Positions 39,080 to 53,333 are shown, counted from the first letter of the stretch. The stretch: DNA of 64,000 bases from Perna viridis (GCA_037379345.1 CM074518.1:17794001-17858000), one strand, 5' to 3'. Notes: generated by a model not told the origin, from the sequence alone. Numbers and translations are program-made.

Positions 39080-39544
39080 TTAATTCTCCTGTCAGAAAAC
39101 GTGTTGAAAGTGTCCGCCCTTTTTCTCAAGAGTGGCTTGTCCAATTGAGATAAAACTTTTTAAGAAGTTAGAACTACTCTTTGAAGGATGCAGAACTTAA
39201 AAAAAAAATTCCAGCTGCCGCCATTTTTACCAAATATCCGCCGGACTAAAGTCCCCAATTTTTCACACCGAAATTGGAACTCGAAAATTCAAATTTGTCC
39301 GATTTTGATGAAAATTGATATTCACGTTTTTTGTAAGAAGCCTTAATTAAGAATCTGCGGTTCAATCGATAATTTGAGCTGCGTAAATTTTAATTTAAGA
39401 TTTTTTTTATTTATCTATTAATTTATTTATTTATTTATTTATTTTTTTTTTTTTTTTTTTTTTTTTTTGGTATTGGTAATTGTTATACTATTTCACTTGA
39501 ACATTACAGTTCATGCTATTAGTTCGAAAATGTGCCTAAATATG

Positions 39545-39790
39545 ATCAAAACTGCCAATACGGATTTAACCGCCCAAATATGGGATTTAGCCATTCAATA
39601 CGGCTTTTACCCGTCCAATACGTCATATTGGACTGATTAAAATCCGTATTGGCCTAGCGTATTGGACTAATTAGTCAATAAAGTGTAATTTTGGAAGGTT
39701 TTCCATATAGGCTGAGTTAGTGGTCCTCGAATAATATTGGACATCGGCTATGCCTTAGTCGAATAGGGCTAGTCTCGGACCAATATGGAA
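39545..39790. repeat. Short inverted-repeat-rich element built from ccaatacg/cgtattgg units
   Basis: ccaatacggattt ... aaatccgtattgg plus further ccaatat/atattgg pairs. Confidence 0.55.
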
Positions 39791-42700
39791 ACCTTACACA
39801 ATAATATTTCGTTCTTTTTTGCATGTTCATTCAATTTATTTTTTAATATTGCAGTGCATTAAGAATTTATATAAAATTATTGTGCCTAACTTATCAAGAA
39901 ATGGTCAGCAAAGGAATTCCACAGAATATGTGTTAACTGTTTTGTTGTTTTTTATGACCCATGATTATGTAAACAGTCTTAGGTTATTTCTTTTCTTTGT
40001 AGAAAGCGGTAATATTTTTTTAAATGATTTTGTATTTCAGAGAGTTTGGTATGAAAAGGTTAGTTAAACGTTTTGGGAATGCGTATAACATAACGTTTAG
40101 GATTAACTTACTTTATTTTTTAAATTATGTTAAAAAATAAAATCTCAAATTAGAATAAATCACAACACACCCGTACAAAACAAAAGTAAATGAGCCATCC
40201 GGACTTAACCTAGAACAAGAAACATTGACCAGATATACCAGTACGGTGGTCGTCCTCTAATTTTCTATGAACTCCTAAACGAAAACTTGACCTAAGCTTT
40301 AGAAAGACGACCAAGTAAAACCATTTTAACTATTTTAATACTATGACAATATATTATAACAAATTAAGAGGTACGAAAAACTCCACACTTTGGTACGTTA
40401 CTCATCAACAGTAAGAACAGTTATCAACTGTATACAGAAATATACTATTAAATTATGTAATTATTATTCTACTAAAGAACCACCACAAGTAACCTGCTGG
40501 AAATACGTCTTTGTTTCATTTGGAATGGCAAAACTGTACAATCGATAGGTTGGGATGATAATGTATGGTAATTGGTCTCTGAGGAATCGTATGTGTTTAT
40601 CTAATTATAGAAGGTATTAGACAATACTCTGTGGGACAGAATCATTACATAGACAAGATTTCTCTGTAAAACTGATTAGCAACACAAATACCTATAAGGG
40701 GACTTCAGAAACAATTTTTGAGAGATCGAAGAATGTCTTAAATTGGTTTGACCTTCATTAGTTTACCAGATGTCATAGATGTGAAAAATGTGAATATCCT
40801 ATCCCAGATTGCTTTTATTTGTATGTAAATAAATTGAGATGTTCCCCCCATTTTCTACAAAAATAAGTTGAAAAATTATTTAATTTTATTTTCCTTTATT
40901 TCACCATACAAATAATATTAAAGCAGAAAAAAATAAGCTGATATACATTACTAATATGAAAAAAAATGTTTGCAAAAGTCAACTTTTTTAACAATTGTTG
41001 GTGAATCAACTGAAAATAATACATTAATCAAAAATAAAATATCCGTAAAGCTATACTGAAAAACCAGTTCATAGCAGATTTTATCTCTGTTACGTTTGTA
41101 ATCCCTAGCAGTGAACAGTGGCAATAATTTATCTTGAAATGTATTTCTTGCCAAAACCTTTGACAAATTCAACTTTCATAAATCGTTGCTGTTTGTTATT
41201 TTGTTTACTTGTATATGTTATTGTGAAGTAAAGTCTTTCCATGTTCAGTATCCACGTTTATTTTTGTTTCAAAATAAGTGCAAGGATCAAAATAAAAAGA
41301 TATCAGTCTGTTTAATTGCTTAGAAACCGATAACAGCTTGCTGTTTTATAAAAACATTTAATAATTAATTAGTTTATTAAGTAACACCAAGTAAAACCCC
41401 TTACGACTGATCTGTTCGATTTAGTTTCTTGACCTTTGCATAGTATATTAAATTAAGCCATCTGCCATAAACCAGCAAAATTATGCGGCAGCTTAAAAAT
41501 AGAGACTCCGAAGTCCCCGCACATGACTAAAACGTGCAAACAGGAAAGGGGTTAATGTACTTTGGGAAGATCACAACACTGGTCCTTTTTGACTTTGTAC
41601 AAGTAATAACTAATTTTTATTTCAATACAGGTAGGACTGTAAAAACAATTAATTGCATACGACGTATGTACCATTATCGAATGATTAAGTCCTAACCAAC
41701 GGAGAAACCGTGACTCAACAAAAACAGCATGGAGATTTGACCAGGCACACTACTACAGTTAAGTTCAGTCAACATGGACGGAACAATACGGTTTTTTCAT
41801 GGAAAATCTATTACCTTTTGTCATGACATTCGAATATCGAATCGGCTGGTTTACAGATTGAGTGACCCTTGAAAAATGATGAAATGTGATTGGGGCGCTA
41901 AATACAAAAAATGCCACTCATATTAGCATTACAGTTTGCAGAACACATGATTCAGACAGAAACCATTCATTAGCGGCATAAGAACCGTACGCATGAGAAT
42001 ATATCAATCCAACAGTGAAATGTACATTGTACACATGAAGTACTCAAAACCAAAAATGTCATTATATGAAGCCAAATCTAGCACTTGAACATTTTCATGT
42101 GCAATACATGGAATAAAGTTAAATGTTAAGGACTTTTGAATTTTGTAATTAGTAAATAATATGTGATATAGATCGGGCCGATAGATCTGACTACCAGACA
42201 GGCGAATACTTTTTTTCGACTTTGTTATGGACTTTTGAACTTCAAAATACTGAAATGTATAACATAAATCGGTTCAGTCAAATAAACAGATCATAACAAA
42301 ATTATTTTCGAAATATGCTTCCAATTACACATTTATCAACCTTCGGAGTTCCAATGCCCTTTACAAATAATATAATGTACATGAATTAAAGATCTTTAGA
42401 ATATCAGTCAAATATTTTAGTAGACAAAAGGGACCTTACTCTAATTTGGACACGAATAATTTGTAGTAGATTTGTGTCTACATTATAAACAGAAATAAAC
42501 AGTTTGTATGAACATTTTTTAAAACACCTACATTGAATGTTTTATGAATTATGAATTATATCATTACCTTCTATGTCTTGCAAGTTAAATAATTAAATAT
42601 CTCTTTATATAGTTTTGTTTTAAATAGCTTTGGTGTTTGTTTGTTTTTTTTTTTTTTTTTGTTTATTTCTGTTTTTGTTTTGTTCCTGTTTATTTATGTC

Positions 42701-43289
42701 TGTGTATTTGTTTAAGTCTTATCTTTGAATTGAATGTTTCTTGTTCTAGTTAAGAAATATTTCCTTTTAGAGACAGTAAAATTAGCAGTTACATTTAAAA
42801 AAAAACACAAGTATATTTACATAAGACACGTAAGAATGCAAAAAGTATTATATTGAGAGTGGTACTAGACTGTTTTGCATACACGCTGTGTTGTTTTAAC
42901 TTTTGGTTGTGCTTTTTACCTATTGACATATTGATTTTCAGAAGAATATTGCATTTATTTCAGAAATATCATAAAAATTTGCGCATAAAATGTAAATAAA
43001 AATCGTCGAGAAAATTAAAAGGCGGTTCTAAGTTTTTCTTTGAAATAAAATAAATGTTAATGTGTTTATCTTTATACAAAAGATTAATGGCACTTCCTTA
43101 TTTAAAATAAAAGACAGATATTATTTCAACTAACTTTATGTGAAATTAGATATTAATCCTATAAACATATATACACTAACAAAAAACAACTGTTGCTGAA
43201 GCAAATTACATGATCTTTCTTATTCTAGTTGCTGACATCGTGGGTTTGGAGACTAGCTTCTGACGTCTTTAGGTAAACCGTTCTTAGTT

Positions 43290-43595
43290 GTTTCGACCCA
43301 TTATCGCTTGTTGGTGATCCTCGACCTGAGTGTATCCCATGCGTTTGCCTTTTCTCTATCAAACATGTTCTTCTAGATTGTGTGGATTTTGCCAACACCA
43401 GGCAAATTATTTTGACTGCGACAATATTGTTGAATTGTTGAAGAGCGTTTCATCTAAAATTATCGATTTCTGACGGGACATCGATTTATTTAATAAAATC
43501 TCAGTTTTGAGGTACTGCATATTACTAGTAAAAGCAGGGACTTAGGCGGCAATCGCCATTCTGGGCTGTCGCCGTCATCAACATATAACCTGACA
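43290..43595 (+). mobile_element. 3' end of an I/Nimb-type non-LTR retrotransposon
   Basis: GDPRPECIPCVCLFSIKHVLLDCVDFANTRQ (C-terminal CCHC knuckle), then YFDCDNIVELLKSV...IIDF*RDIDLFNKI, then a short 3' UTR with a hairpin (ggcggc...gtcgcc). Confidence 0.8.
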
Positions 43596-44049
43596 CAAAA
43601 AGCAATAGATTATAAATATTAGTAATTAAAGCAGGGCCAAATGAATCTAAAAAGCAAACTCAAACAATATCTAAAGCCAAATCACCCTAAAAAAATCCGT
43701 TAAAAATTAGATTTCTAAATTGATTTTCGACAAATAATCATATAAGCAGATCTGATTAATGGTGTGCTATGTAGGAACCATTACTTACTAAAATCGGATG
43801 ATAATTAAACTCACGCATGAACAAGAACTTCACCTTCATCCATTCCTGGAGAATGTTAACATTCATAATCATATTTTTTTCGACATTTAATAGAAGAAAT
43901 GTCCATTAATTATTGTTTTGAATTTTTATCGGAGGCTAAATATTTTGACCACCCGGATTGGGTAATCCACTATATATTTTAGATAGATCCTTTAATCTCA
44001 GATTCCGTTATAAAGATAATATATTATCATAAACATTCCTAGTTTCTGG

Positions 44050-44275
44050 GATTTGATACTTCGAATAAAGGATACTACAGACATTATGAAGTCAGCCTCA
44101 TATATTGGCCTGCACTTAGAGGTCGATGGTAAAGAGAAACTATTGACCAAACTATACAACAAATGCGATGACTTTTCATTCCGTATAGTCAACTCTCCTT
44201 CTATCTGGGCAACCATCCCTTCAGCACTTCCATATGGAGTTTTCATATCACAACTCATACGTTATGCCGGAGCTC
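44050..44275 (+). mobile_element. Naiad-type PLE RT fragment
   Basis: IKDTTDIMKSASYIGLHLEVDGKEKLLTKLYNKCDDFSFRIVN...YGVFISQLIRYA. Confidence 0.88.
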
Positions 44276-44569
44276 TTTTAATTCAAATTCGTCGTGTTTC
44301 TAGGTCTGGTAGATAAAACGGATTCCCTAACGCTCGTTATAACAACTTTTTTGTTTGGCTTTTTTTTTTTTTTTTTTTTGTTCACTGTCGATTCGGTGTA
44401 ATCAAATGGTTTATAATGGTACCTGGCAAATGGTTGATCAATCATTCATAGGTTGTTTTCGACATTTTGGGAAAATGGGCAGGATTTAACGTGAAATGAA
44501 AAAAATGGTAACTGATGTTTGGCCTACTACAACAAATTAATGCAAAATTTATGACATAGAAGTCAAGGT

Positions 44570-44880
44570 TCTAACATGTAAACATTATAAGCCGAGGAAG
44601 TTGGCATATTACTACATAAGATGTGAAATTTATATTTTTGAAATCAGAATTCGTTTCGCTTGTCAGATAATTTTGTACAGATATGACTACTGTAGTCAGA
44701 TTAAAGGTCAATGTCTTACGACGCGGAGGAAGCTGTGTCAGTAGTTTCTTTAATTTCTGATTCTGGTGGAAAAATAAACGGAAACTATTCATCAAATTTA
44801 GAATTATCAATGGAGAAAATGTATTCAATATATCCATACTATGAATAAACTGGCCTAGCTAGATTTTTTAACATTCTGGT
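44570..44880 (-). mobile_element. Degenerate RT fragment of a second Naiad-type PLE subfamily
   Basis: Alternative frames give YIEYIFSIDNSKF, IFPPESEIKETTDTASSAS, TKLSDKRNEF, LCSNMPTSSAYNVY. Confidence 0.75.
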
Positions 44881-46888
44881 CTCTAGATGAAACTAGATGC
44901 TTACAAGTTGTTGCAGAAATGTCCCTCCAAATGTGACAATTTATTATCAAGATGAAACAGTTGCAAACTGATTACCTGTTGCTCGATATAGCAGCGTTTT
45001 TTCTGCTTTGTTTTTCTGCTTTGTTTTTCTTTACTTTGTTTTGTTTTGTTTTTTGTTTATTTGTTTCTTTGTTTTTTTTTCTTTTAGACTGTATACTCAA
45101 TTGGTTTGTCATGGTACCCGACAAACGATGCTAACCTTAACTTGGTTGAAAATACTGCCACAAAATATTTGATTTGGGACTTTTTATGAATAATAGGCTA
45201 GGATTACACTTGACAAAAGTTTTAGCTGATGTTTTACCCAGTACAACAAGTTGTCAGTGGAAAATTAATGCAAAGATTACGATGAAAGTCAAAGATTAAA
45301 GGTCAAAAGTTTAATTTTAGCCAGTCATATAAATCAAGCTACTTACATATAAATTATATGTTGCCATTGTTTTCCTATGTAAAACTCTATAGAAATTTTG
45401 CCCGGAAAGTTAGTGCCCGAAACCAAGAATTTTGGTATATATGCACATTGGAGAATCATGAAGATCTTATGATATAGGAAATTCATACTCCAGCAATGCC
45501 AGAGGTTTTCTGGCAAGCTATTTTCTGATTTGGTGGCATCCTTACTGGATTCAAACCTCATATATGGTAAGAGTAGGGAAATTCTCGGATCAGATACCTT
45601 TGTTTTTGTATGCATAAGGAACTATATCTTTATTCTGTTTCTGGCTATTAGACAGGTATACAAGTTTGCGTGTGATGCACATCGGATACTACTCCACACT
45701 CATCTATCAAATTGTCCACAGTTACGTTGTCTTCATGTCGATTTAAAAGCCTTATGTAACGCGACTGTCTACGTGACCAATCCAATATATTTTTTCGTAT
45801 CCATCCTTAGACGACTGTTGATATATGAGACGTTTTATCACGTATCCATATACTGTTGTTCTTGTGTTTGTTTTCATAAACCTTTATTTCACTTGGTGAA
45901 GAAAAGTCAAGTTTTTAGTGGACTCCAGATTGCTTATTTATGTGTGTGTGTGCATTCGTTTGGTTAGTTTGTGTTGCTGTTTATGATTAATTTGTGTGTT
46001 TTCATGTTTAGTGTTTGTTTTCTTGTTCTACTGTAGTCAATGATCAAGAATATCTTGTTCTTCATTTTTACTTCTAAGCATTAAGTCTTACAACTTCAAT
46101 CAAATTTAAAATGTTGGGCAGGCAGATTTGAAAACAACTGAAACTGAAAATTGTGTAAATTTACAACGTCGTGAAGGTATCATGTTAAAGCTACATATTC
46201 TAAATAAAAAGCAATTTAAATTGTTATCGGTCGATTTACAATAGAGACAGAAAACACAGGCTAATTTTGACCGGTATTGGGTAATAAGTTATCTATTGTG
46301 ATACTTGTTAGTCAATATACCATTCAAAGCTCAATGCTCAAAACATTTTTCGGTTTATGGAGTTTAAAATTTTAATGGTTCATACACACAGGAAGAAAAG
46401 ACCAGTAATTCTATACATACACGTGTATCATTTTAAATATGTTCGGAACAATTTATATAAGTGTTCGGATCATTGATGAATATGCAGTTTATTAGATTAC
46501 TCTGTGCGCAGAAACGATTTATATAAACTGACATATAACATATTTGTTAAATATTTAATAGAATGTAAAACGACCAGGTACTAATTATAATTTGAAAAAA
46601 TTGAGCCGAATCCGTAACTGAGGTTGTAATCACTTTATAAATAATCCGTCTAATGCATTATGCTTTCAACTAAAATTATAATGGACCTAACTTAACCGCT
46701 TGTGAATGATAAAATACATGAAATAAATAAAAAAAGCCGGTCAGTGTAAAATACAAAGTAAATATGCTTTATTCAATTTTATTTCTCGCATAATTGTTTC
46801 CATTGATTAAATTCTTGTGCAGCTCAACATTTACAATTTTTTTATTGCACAAAAATTAATGTCCAAAAGCAAAAGTTGGATATGGAAT

Positions 46889-46927
<39 letters not shown>

Positions 46928-46982
46928 CAAAAGCAGTTGATCGAGTTAAAGAGATGGTGAATTGCTGAATAAAGAATTACTC

Positions 46983-47395
46983 TTACATCCCTAAGCTTTC
47001 TAAGTAACTAGCTACAACAGCTACCCCTTTCATCACGTATTTAGATATGTCTCTCTCTTTACAATGGCTGATGACAATGGCTCCTTTACTAGCTTGCATT
47101 ATGAGTGTTCCGTGTCCTTTTTTTTTTGGCCACTTTAATATTATTGTCCTGTATCAATTGATACTTTACACCTTCAGCCATGAGATCCTTACATTTGTTT
47201 CTTTTGAAGCAACCTACGATTTGTGCACTCTCCTCTTGTGTTATTTTGAGAGCATATAATTTTTCATCTGATGTCCATTTGGCTCCACTATCTAAATGAA
47301 TGATAGCGGCCTTGTCGGCGTGTTGCTTTCCAGATGCATCTTTGGATTGAGAAATGATATTATCGATCATAAAATCCCAATCTGACCTCTTTGTC
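46983..47395 (-). CDS. Profilin (divergent, mollusc-type), main coding exon; +1 frameshift in an A10 homopolymer (pseudogene or assembly error)
   Basis: Acceptor tttag at 47396-47400. Translation TKRSDWDFMIDNIISQSKDASGKQHADKAAIIHLDSGAKWTSDEKLYALKITQEESAQIVGCFK...GVKYQLIQDNNIKVAKKK. Removing one A at 47118-47127 continues GHGTLIMQASKGAIVISHCKERDISKYVMKGVAVVASYLESLGM* (TAA 46983-46985). This follows the invertebrate profilin pattern (N-terminal W..IDN, C-terminal VA.YLESLGM). Minus-strand AATAAA at 46768-46773. Confidence 0.9.
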
Positions 47396-49704
47396 CTAAA
47401 GGTGAAAAACATTTTTTAAAATTTTTTTTTATTCATTTTTTAAAATTTATTCGTTTGTAAATTCGCATTTGTAATCCTTAACGAAATAGAAATAAAGTTA
47501 AACATATATGCACTTCCTATTGATGTTTAGGTCATAATTTTGGCCCAAAAAATGTCAATATTTGGGAATTGAATGTTTTGTGTAGTATGTTTATTGTAAA
47601 GGCTTCACAATGATACCACAATTATTTGTCATGTAACAAACCGTCTGAGAAATATAAATGTTGCTTATAGGACACATTTACATCCTGAATACTGTGTCCA
47701 TATCTACGAAACAACATTATACTTTTAATAAAATATGTAAAACTGAAATTATTCACTAAATATGTAATTTCTTTTCAGTGTGGGGCCACAAAATGACCAA
47801 AAAAGTTCAAAATGAACAGACTATCTAAATTTTGGCAATGCTTCAATGATTTCGTTTGCAAAAAAATCATAAATCTGTATGTTCTCTCATTTGTTATGGT
47901 TTCAAGACTAACACTTAACAAAATTGCTAATTACTGTTCAGTTATGTATTAGAACAATATAAATAGTCCGCTTTCTTTTACCTTCGAAATACTTTCTGGG
48001 TAATAAAGGAAAAACAACAACAAAATTGGTAATATTGGAAGAACTGCATAGTCATAAATAGGACAATTATGTTGGAAGTGAAAAAAGGATTTGTACTATT
48101 ATGCCCAATCTCCCTTAAATTATGTGGAGCTGCAAACAACTGGTATGTTCAAGGTAATGTTATTCGTTATCTTTATATTTTGTAATATTTCCTACATTAA
48201 TTTGAAATGCGTAATTGATGCTGTTGATATATATTTTTTTCAAATATCTGTGTTTTCTGATCACCTTTAGATTAATATATTTGATTTATCTTCATTATAT
48301 GAAATTTAATTGGACAATTAATGCTTTTAATTACAGTTTTAAAAGTTTATTTCATTCTAACTAAATTGGTGAAGGCGTGTAACTTTTTAACTACTGGGTG
48401 GTTATTAAAATATAATATTAAGTTTTTCTACACAGATTTCATGGGATAAACGATTCTTCTTTCTTTATTTTGGATGGTTTTCTTTGACATATTCGCTTAA
48501 ACTTGCATTTCGAAACCTAAAATTATTGACTATCTCGAGTGGAGAAATAATTGTAAACATTCATTTCTATTTAGTTGTCATACATCCGACAAGTATGGTG
48601 GGACAGTTTCAACGCGCGTTTTGTCATGAAACTACTATCGTTTATACCTCAGCCCTTCTGATATTTCCTGGATGGTAAGAAATAAAAGAATCTTTAACAA
48701 ACTTTTCAAAATCATGATTTTCCTGATCAGTTCGTGCCAATACTACTTGTGACAAACCCAGCAAGTCACTGCAACATCTGAAACATATAAAGGGATCTCA
48801 AATGAATATGGCCAAACGTTATTTCCATCTTGATATATGATAAATAATTTTGAGTGGCTCAATTATCATACGAATAACTTTTTGTTTTATCTTTTTTGTG
48901 TGGCACCTTTATTGAAGGATGGTTGTTTTTAAGGTAGTTCATTATCTTATTTTGTCAGTGAATGATATTCTTGTCATTTTCAATAAATGACTTTTAAATG
49001 GTTGCTGTCGTTTTTGTTTTTGTTTTGTGGGTATTAACGAATACGAAATAAAAAGTTAAAATATCCTATATTGAAAGTAATTTAAAAAGGTATATTCCTA
49101 TGGAAAAAAAAAACTCTATAGTTCAACATACAAGACCAGAGATCAGCTTATTCCTTCTAGGAAAATTTTTTAACACCTATAGATAAAGACAAACCAAAAC
49201 ATCAAAACATTAGAGCTTTTCGGAGACATATCAAATTTTGAAATAGACGGGAATATGCCATGAGGATTCTGTGAAAGGTTTATTTTATTCCATTCATTGT
49301 TGTAGAAGAAGAAACGTATAACAGTTGGGTATCCCTCTGTGTAATGAAAAGGAAATAAGGAAGTACGGACTGATGAATGAAAGGTTGGAGACTCCTATCA
49401 CTGTGAACCCCACTTGAAAACCATGTGTAATAAAACAAAATTTGAAAACTTCTTCCCTTAATATTCAATTCGTAACATCTGTAGGAAGACACAAGGTTAG
49501 CAGAGACAACCGAATGCTTGGAAGTTTATCATTATTTTTGTGCTAAAAACGATAAGTCCACAAGAAAACAATCATTGCAGAGGAAATGGTTAACTTTTAA
49601 ATATGTCAATGTTTTCTTTACATAGAAAGACATGGTAAAAAAGGGATTTAAGACCAATTTTATTTACCATATAATGGCGAGGGTATATTATATTGCAAAT
49701 AAAA

Positions 49705-49730
49705 ACTTACATTTCATGTTCTTAACCATA
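49705..49730 (-). other. Candidate upstream exon end supplying 'AT' of the split profilin start codon (AT|gtaagt)
   Basis: The profilin exon begins in phase 2 with G; the minus strand here reads ...GAAAT|gtaagt (exon end 49711), which would splice to ATG ACA AAG. Confidence 0.45.
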
Positions 49731-50822
49731 TCCCTAATTAAATATGCAACAGAATAAATAGAGCACAAACTGTTTTAGAGCAAAACGCAACACAAGAGTG
49801 TATTTTTTCTACGCGTTCTGGCTATTCACAATATATGATAGATTATACTCGGACACATGAAATTCTGCATTTATGAGGTAGCTTGTACAACTGATATTTA
49901 CCTCTTTGTCTACTAATATATTTTTTTTTTATTTTTTATTTTTTTATTATTACACCTTATTGAGAGTTCATTCAGAAGGTATCTGGTTGCAAAATATTTA
50001 CTTTTAAATCTATAGTTGTCCAAAAATATGTACGGGTTTAAAACTAGTGGTAAAAATTAAATTAATAAAAAATAAATACCGTCTACAAAACTGCATCGAT
50101 GTATGGCAATATTTTATCCAAAAACCGCAGCTTCTTGTTGCCCTTTATGCATAGTTCGAAAGAACACAAAATGTTCTTGTTCGCAGGATAAAATTGCCTT
50201 AAAATAGCCTACAGGTATCTGTGCAGGAAAGCAGGGCTTTCTTACAAAACGCAATAGTTTGTGAGCACAACACGCTTGTACAATTCTGATTTGAAAGTAG
50301 ATTAATTTTTCCACAAAAAATTATGCCAAATATAGCCATTTTATATTTTGGTACATTAAACTTTGTTAGTTGAATACTGTTTTCACATTTGTTATACTGT
50401 TATTGAGTTATTTCTTTTGTGATTGTTATTGATATGCAGTAAAACTGTGGTTCATTGTGATTTTTTAATCGTGTCTCGTACTATTAAGAGACAGTACAAT
50501 AGCCAATACATTACATTTTAAAAAAAAGATATACAATTTCATTCGAATAAAATACTAATAAATCAATAAAATATGAATGTTTTACAATTCTGTCTTTTTG
50601 CACAAACTGATAACTTTTTGTTTTCCTCATTGATGTGCGAACAGTAATGCGATTGAGTTGCAGTTGAAATTACATTTTTTCATAAATATATATAAAATAA
50701 AAAAGTTTCTACAAATGTGAGAGACTTAATTTTACCTAACTTAGTGATGTCTCGGAATTAAATTGTAATCATCAATATTTGTTATATCATAACAGACGAA
50801 CGAACAAAACCAATTATATTTG

Positions 50823-51087
50823 AAGTAAGTCATGTTAGTTGGTAAACCATATTACAAAATGAACTATTTATAAGTAAGTCATGTTAGTTGGTAAAGTATG
50901 ATTTGATAATTTATGAAATGAAAAGGAAATGAAAACATTTCAATGCAAAGTTTAAAAAAAATCACACAACGGTCTATTTTGTAAAATTATGTTGTCACAA
51001 TTCCTTTTTTTTTATTTATTATTTTTTTTTTTTTGATTAAACACTTTTTTCCTTACATTTCTTTTTATTATCATTATTTATTTATTT

Positions 51088-51129
<42 letters not shown>

Positions 51130-51910
51130 GGTTCCCATTTGGAATCAATCATCCACATCAGTACGGTTCTTACTTTGGTGAATTTTAAGGGCGTGATGTC
51201 TAATTTTTTGAATTTCTTTCATTTCTACGTTTCTTTTTTTTTTCTTATTGTTTTTAACTAAACTAGCGATTGTTTTGGTGTCTTTTCTGGTATCAGTACT
51301 TTATTTTTGTCAGAATAATTGCTTGTTTCAACAGGGATTTTTACAGTACCACCACATTCAAAAAATTTGTATTGCTGGTGCCTAAAAACCAACATACATC
51401 ATTGGATTAGTCACTCCTATAAAATCCGTGATAACATTTAGAGTTTTAACAGATAACTGCATAAAAGGAGAAAATAATAAAAATTAATTCCCTTAGTCTT
51501 GTTCTAACTATTATGACGATTTGGCATCCCCTTTAAAACAACAACAACAACAAAAAAGTAATTACGCATTTCCTATTTTTATATTAACTTTCTCAATCAG
51601 GTTTTAAAGGAAATAAATATTAAGATTTCCTTACCAATGCGTGGAATACCAGCAACTGTCCAACACTGCAAACCATATTACAAAATGAACTATTTATAAG
51701 TAAGTCATGTTAGTTGGTAAAGTATGATTTGATAATTTGTGAAATGAAAAGGAAATGAAAACATTTCAATGCAAAGTTTAAAAAAATCACACAACGGTCT
51801 ATTTTGTAAAATTATGTTGTCACAATTCCTTTTTTTTTATTTATTTTTTTTTTTTTTGATTAAACACTTTTTTCCTTACATTTCTTTTTATTATCATTAT
51901 TTATTTATTT

Positions 51911-51955
<45 letters not shown>

Positions 51956-52955
51956 GGTTCCCATTTGGAATCAATCATCCACATCAGTACGGTTCTTACT
52001 TTGGTGAATTTTAAGGGCGTGATGTCTAATTTTTTGAATTTCTTTCATTTCTACGTTTCTTTTTTTTTCTTATTGTTTTTAACTAAACTAGCGATTGTTT
52101 TGGTGTCTTTTCTGGTATCAGTTCTATACGCAGAAAGCTTTTTTTGAATGGAAACAAACGCTTTCATAAATGTAAGCTTAGAAATAATTTTCTGACCTTT
52201 ATTATGACCCTGTGTTCCATTTACTTTTGTTACTTTGTATGTATGATTTTAGTTACTTTATGTTCTTTGTTGTGTATGTCTGTTTTCCTTGTCTGGTCTT
52301 TGTCCCTGGATTACAGATTACCGCTATAACCTTGGTTCCCTTGATTACTCTTCCATAGTCATGCTATAACTATTTTCATTTTTAGCAACTAAGTACCTAC
52401 CATCATTCATAGGTCTGCAAAAAGAGGGTATCAATATCCTATATTCCTATAAGGGTAAATTTGAATGACGAATATTCCACAATCGCCAATAGAAAGTCCT
52501 AATCAGTAAAATTCGTTCTGGGAAATAAGACGTAAGTATCAAATACTTGTTTATACTTTATTTTTGTCAGAATAATTGCTTGTTTCAACAGGGATTTTTA
52601 CAGTACCACCACATTCAAAAAATTTGTATTGCTGGTGCCTAAAAACCAACATACATCATTGGATTAGTCACTCCTATAAAATCCGTGATAACATTTAGAG
52701 TTTTAACAGATAACTGCATAAAAGGAGAAAATAATAAAAATTAATTCCCTTAGTCTTGTTCTAACTATTATGACGATTTGGCATCCCCTTTAAAACAACA
52801 ACAACAACAAAAAAGTAATTACGCATTTCCTATTTTTATATTAACTTTCTCAATCAGGTTTTAAAGGAAATAAATATTAAGATTCCCTTACCAATGCGTG
52901 GAATACCAGCACCTGTCCAACACTGCAAACCATATTACAAAATGAACTATTTATA
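50823..52955 (+). repeat. Recent tandem duplication with three units (49 bp, 826 bp, about 1258 bp)
   Basis: Each unit starts aagtaagtcatgttagttggtaaa (50823, 50872, 51698) and ends ccatattacaaaatgaactatttat. Shared parts are near-identical apart from homopolymer/(TAT)n lengths and a few substitutions. Confidence 0.92.
52215..52352 (+). mobile_element. Naiad-type PLE 3' terminal fragment
   Basis: catttacttttgttactttgtatgtatg...ggttcccttgattactcttc. Confidence 0.85.
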
Positions 52956-53105
52956 CCCTAAACTGGTTCAAGTGTGTTTCTACTATTTGTTTGCTTAGTC
53001 CATTTCAACGTTAGGTTATATGGATATAATTTACAAATCCTTGACTTTAAAAACCTCTCGATTTATAAAAAAAAAAACGATATCCTTCATACATATGATA
53101 TATAA

Positions 53106-53228
53106 TGAATATTACATGTCAAAATCTGCATCACATGCTATATCACCCCAAGGGGCAACGGTCCGCGGGGTGATATAGATCGGGAGTTGATACAGCAAAA
53201 GGTGCAGATTTTGACATGTCATTTTCAT
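53106..53228. repeat. Nested hairpin MITE-like element
   Basis: Outer arms acatgtcaaaatctgca / tgcagattttgacatgt; inner arms ctatatcacccc / ggggtgatatag. Confidence 0.78.
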
Positions 53229-53251
53229 ATATTTTAATCATCTGTGAATGG

Positions 53252-53333
53252 GTGCGATATAGGGTAAGCGATATAGGGAATGCGATATAGGGTATGCTAT
53301 ATGGGGTATACGATATATGGTATACGATATAGC
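53252..53333 (+). repeat. 14-bp tandem repeat, about 6 copies (tgcgatatagggta-like)
   Basis: Direct reading. Confidence 0.85.
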
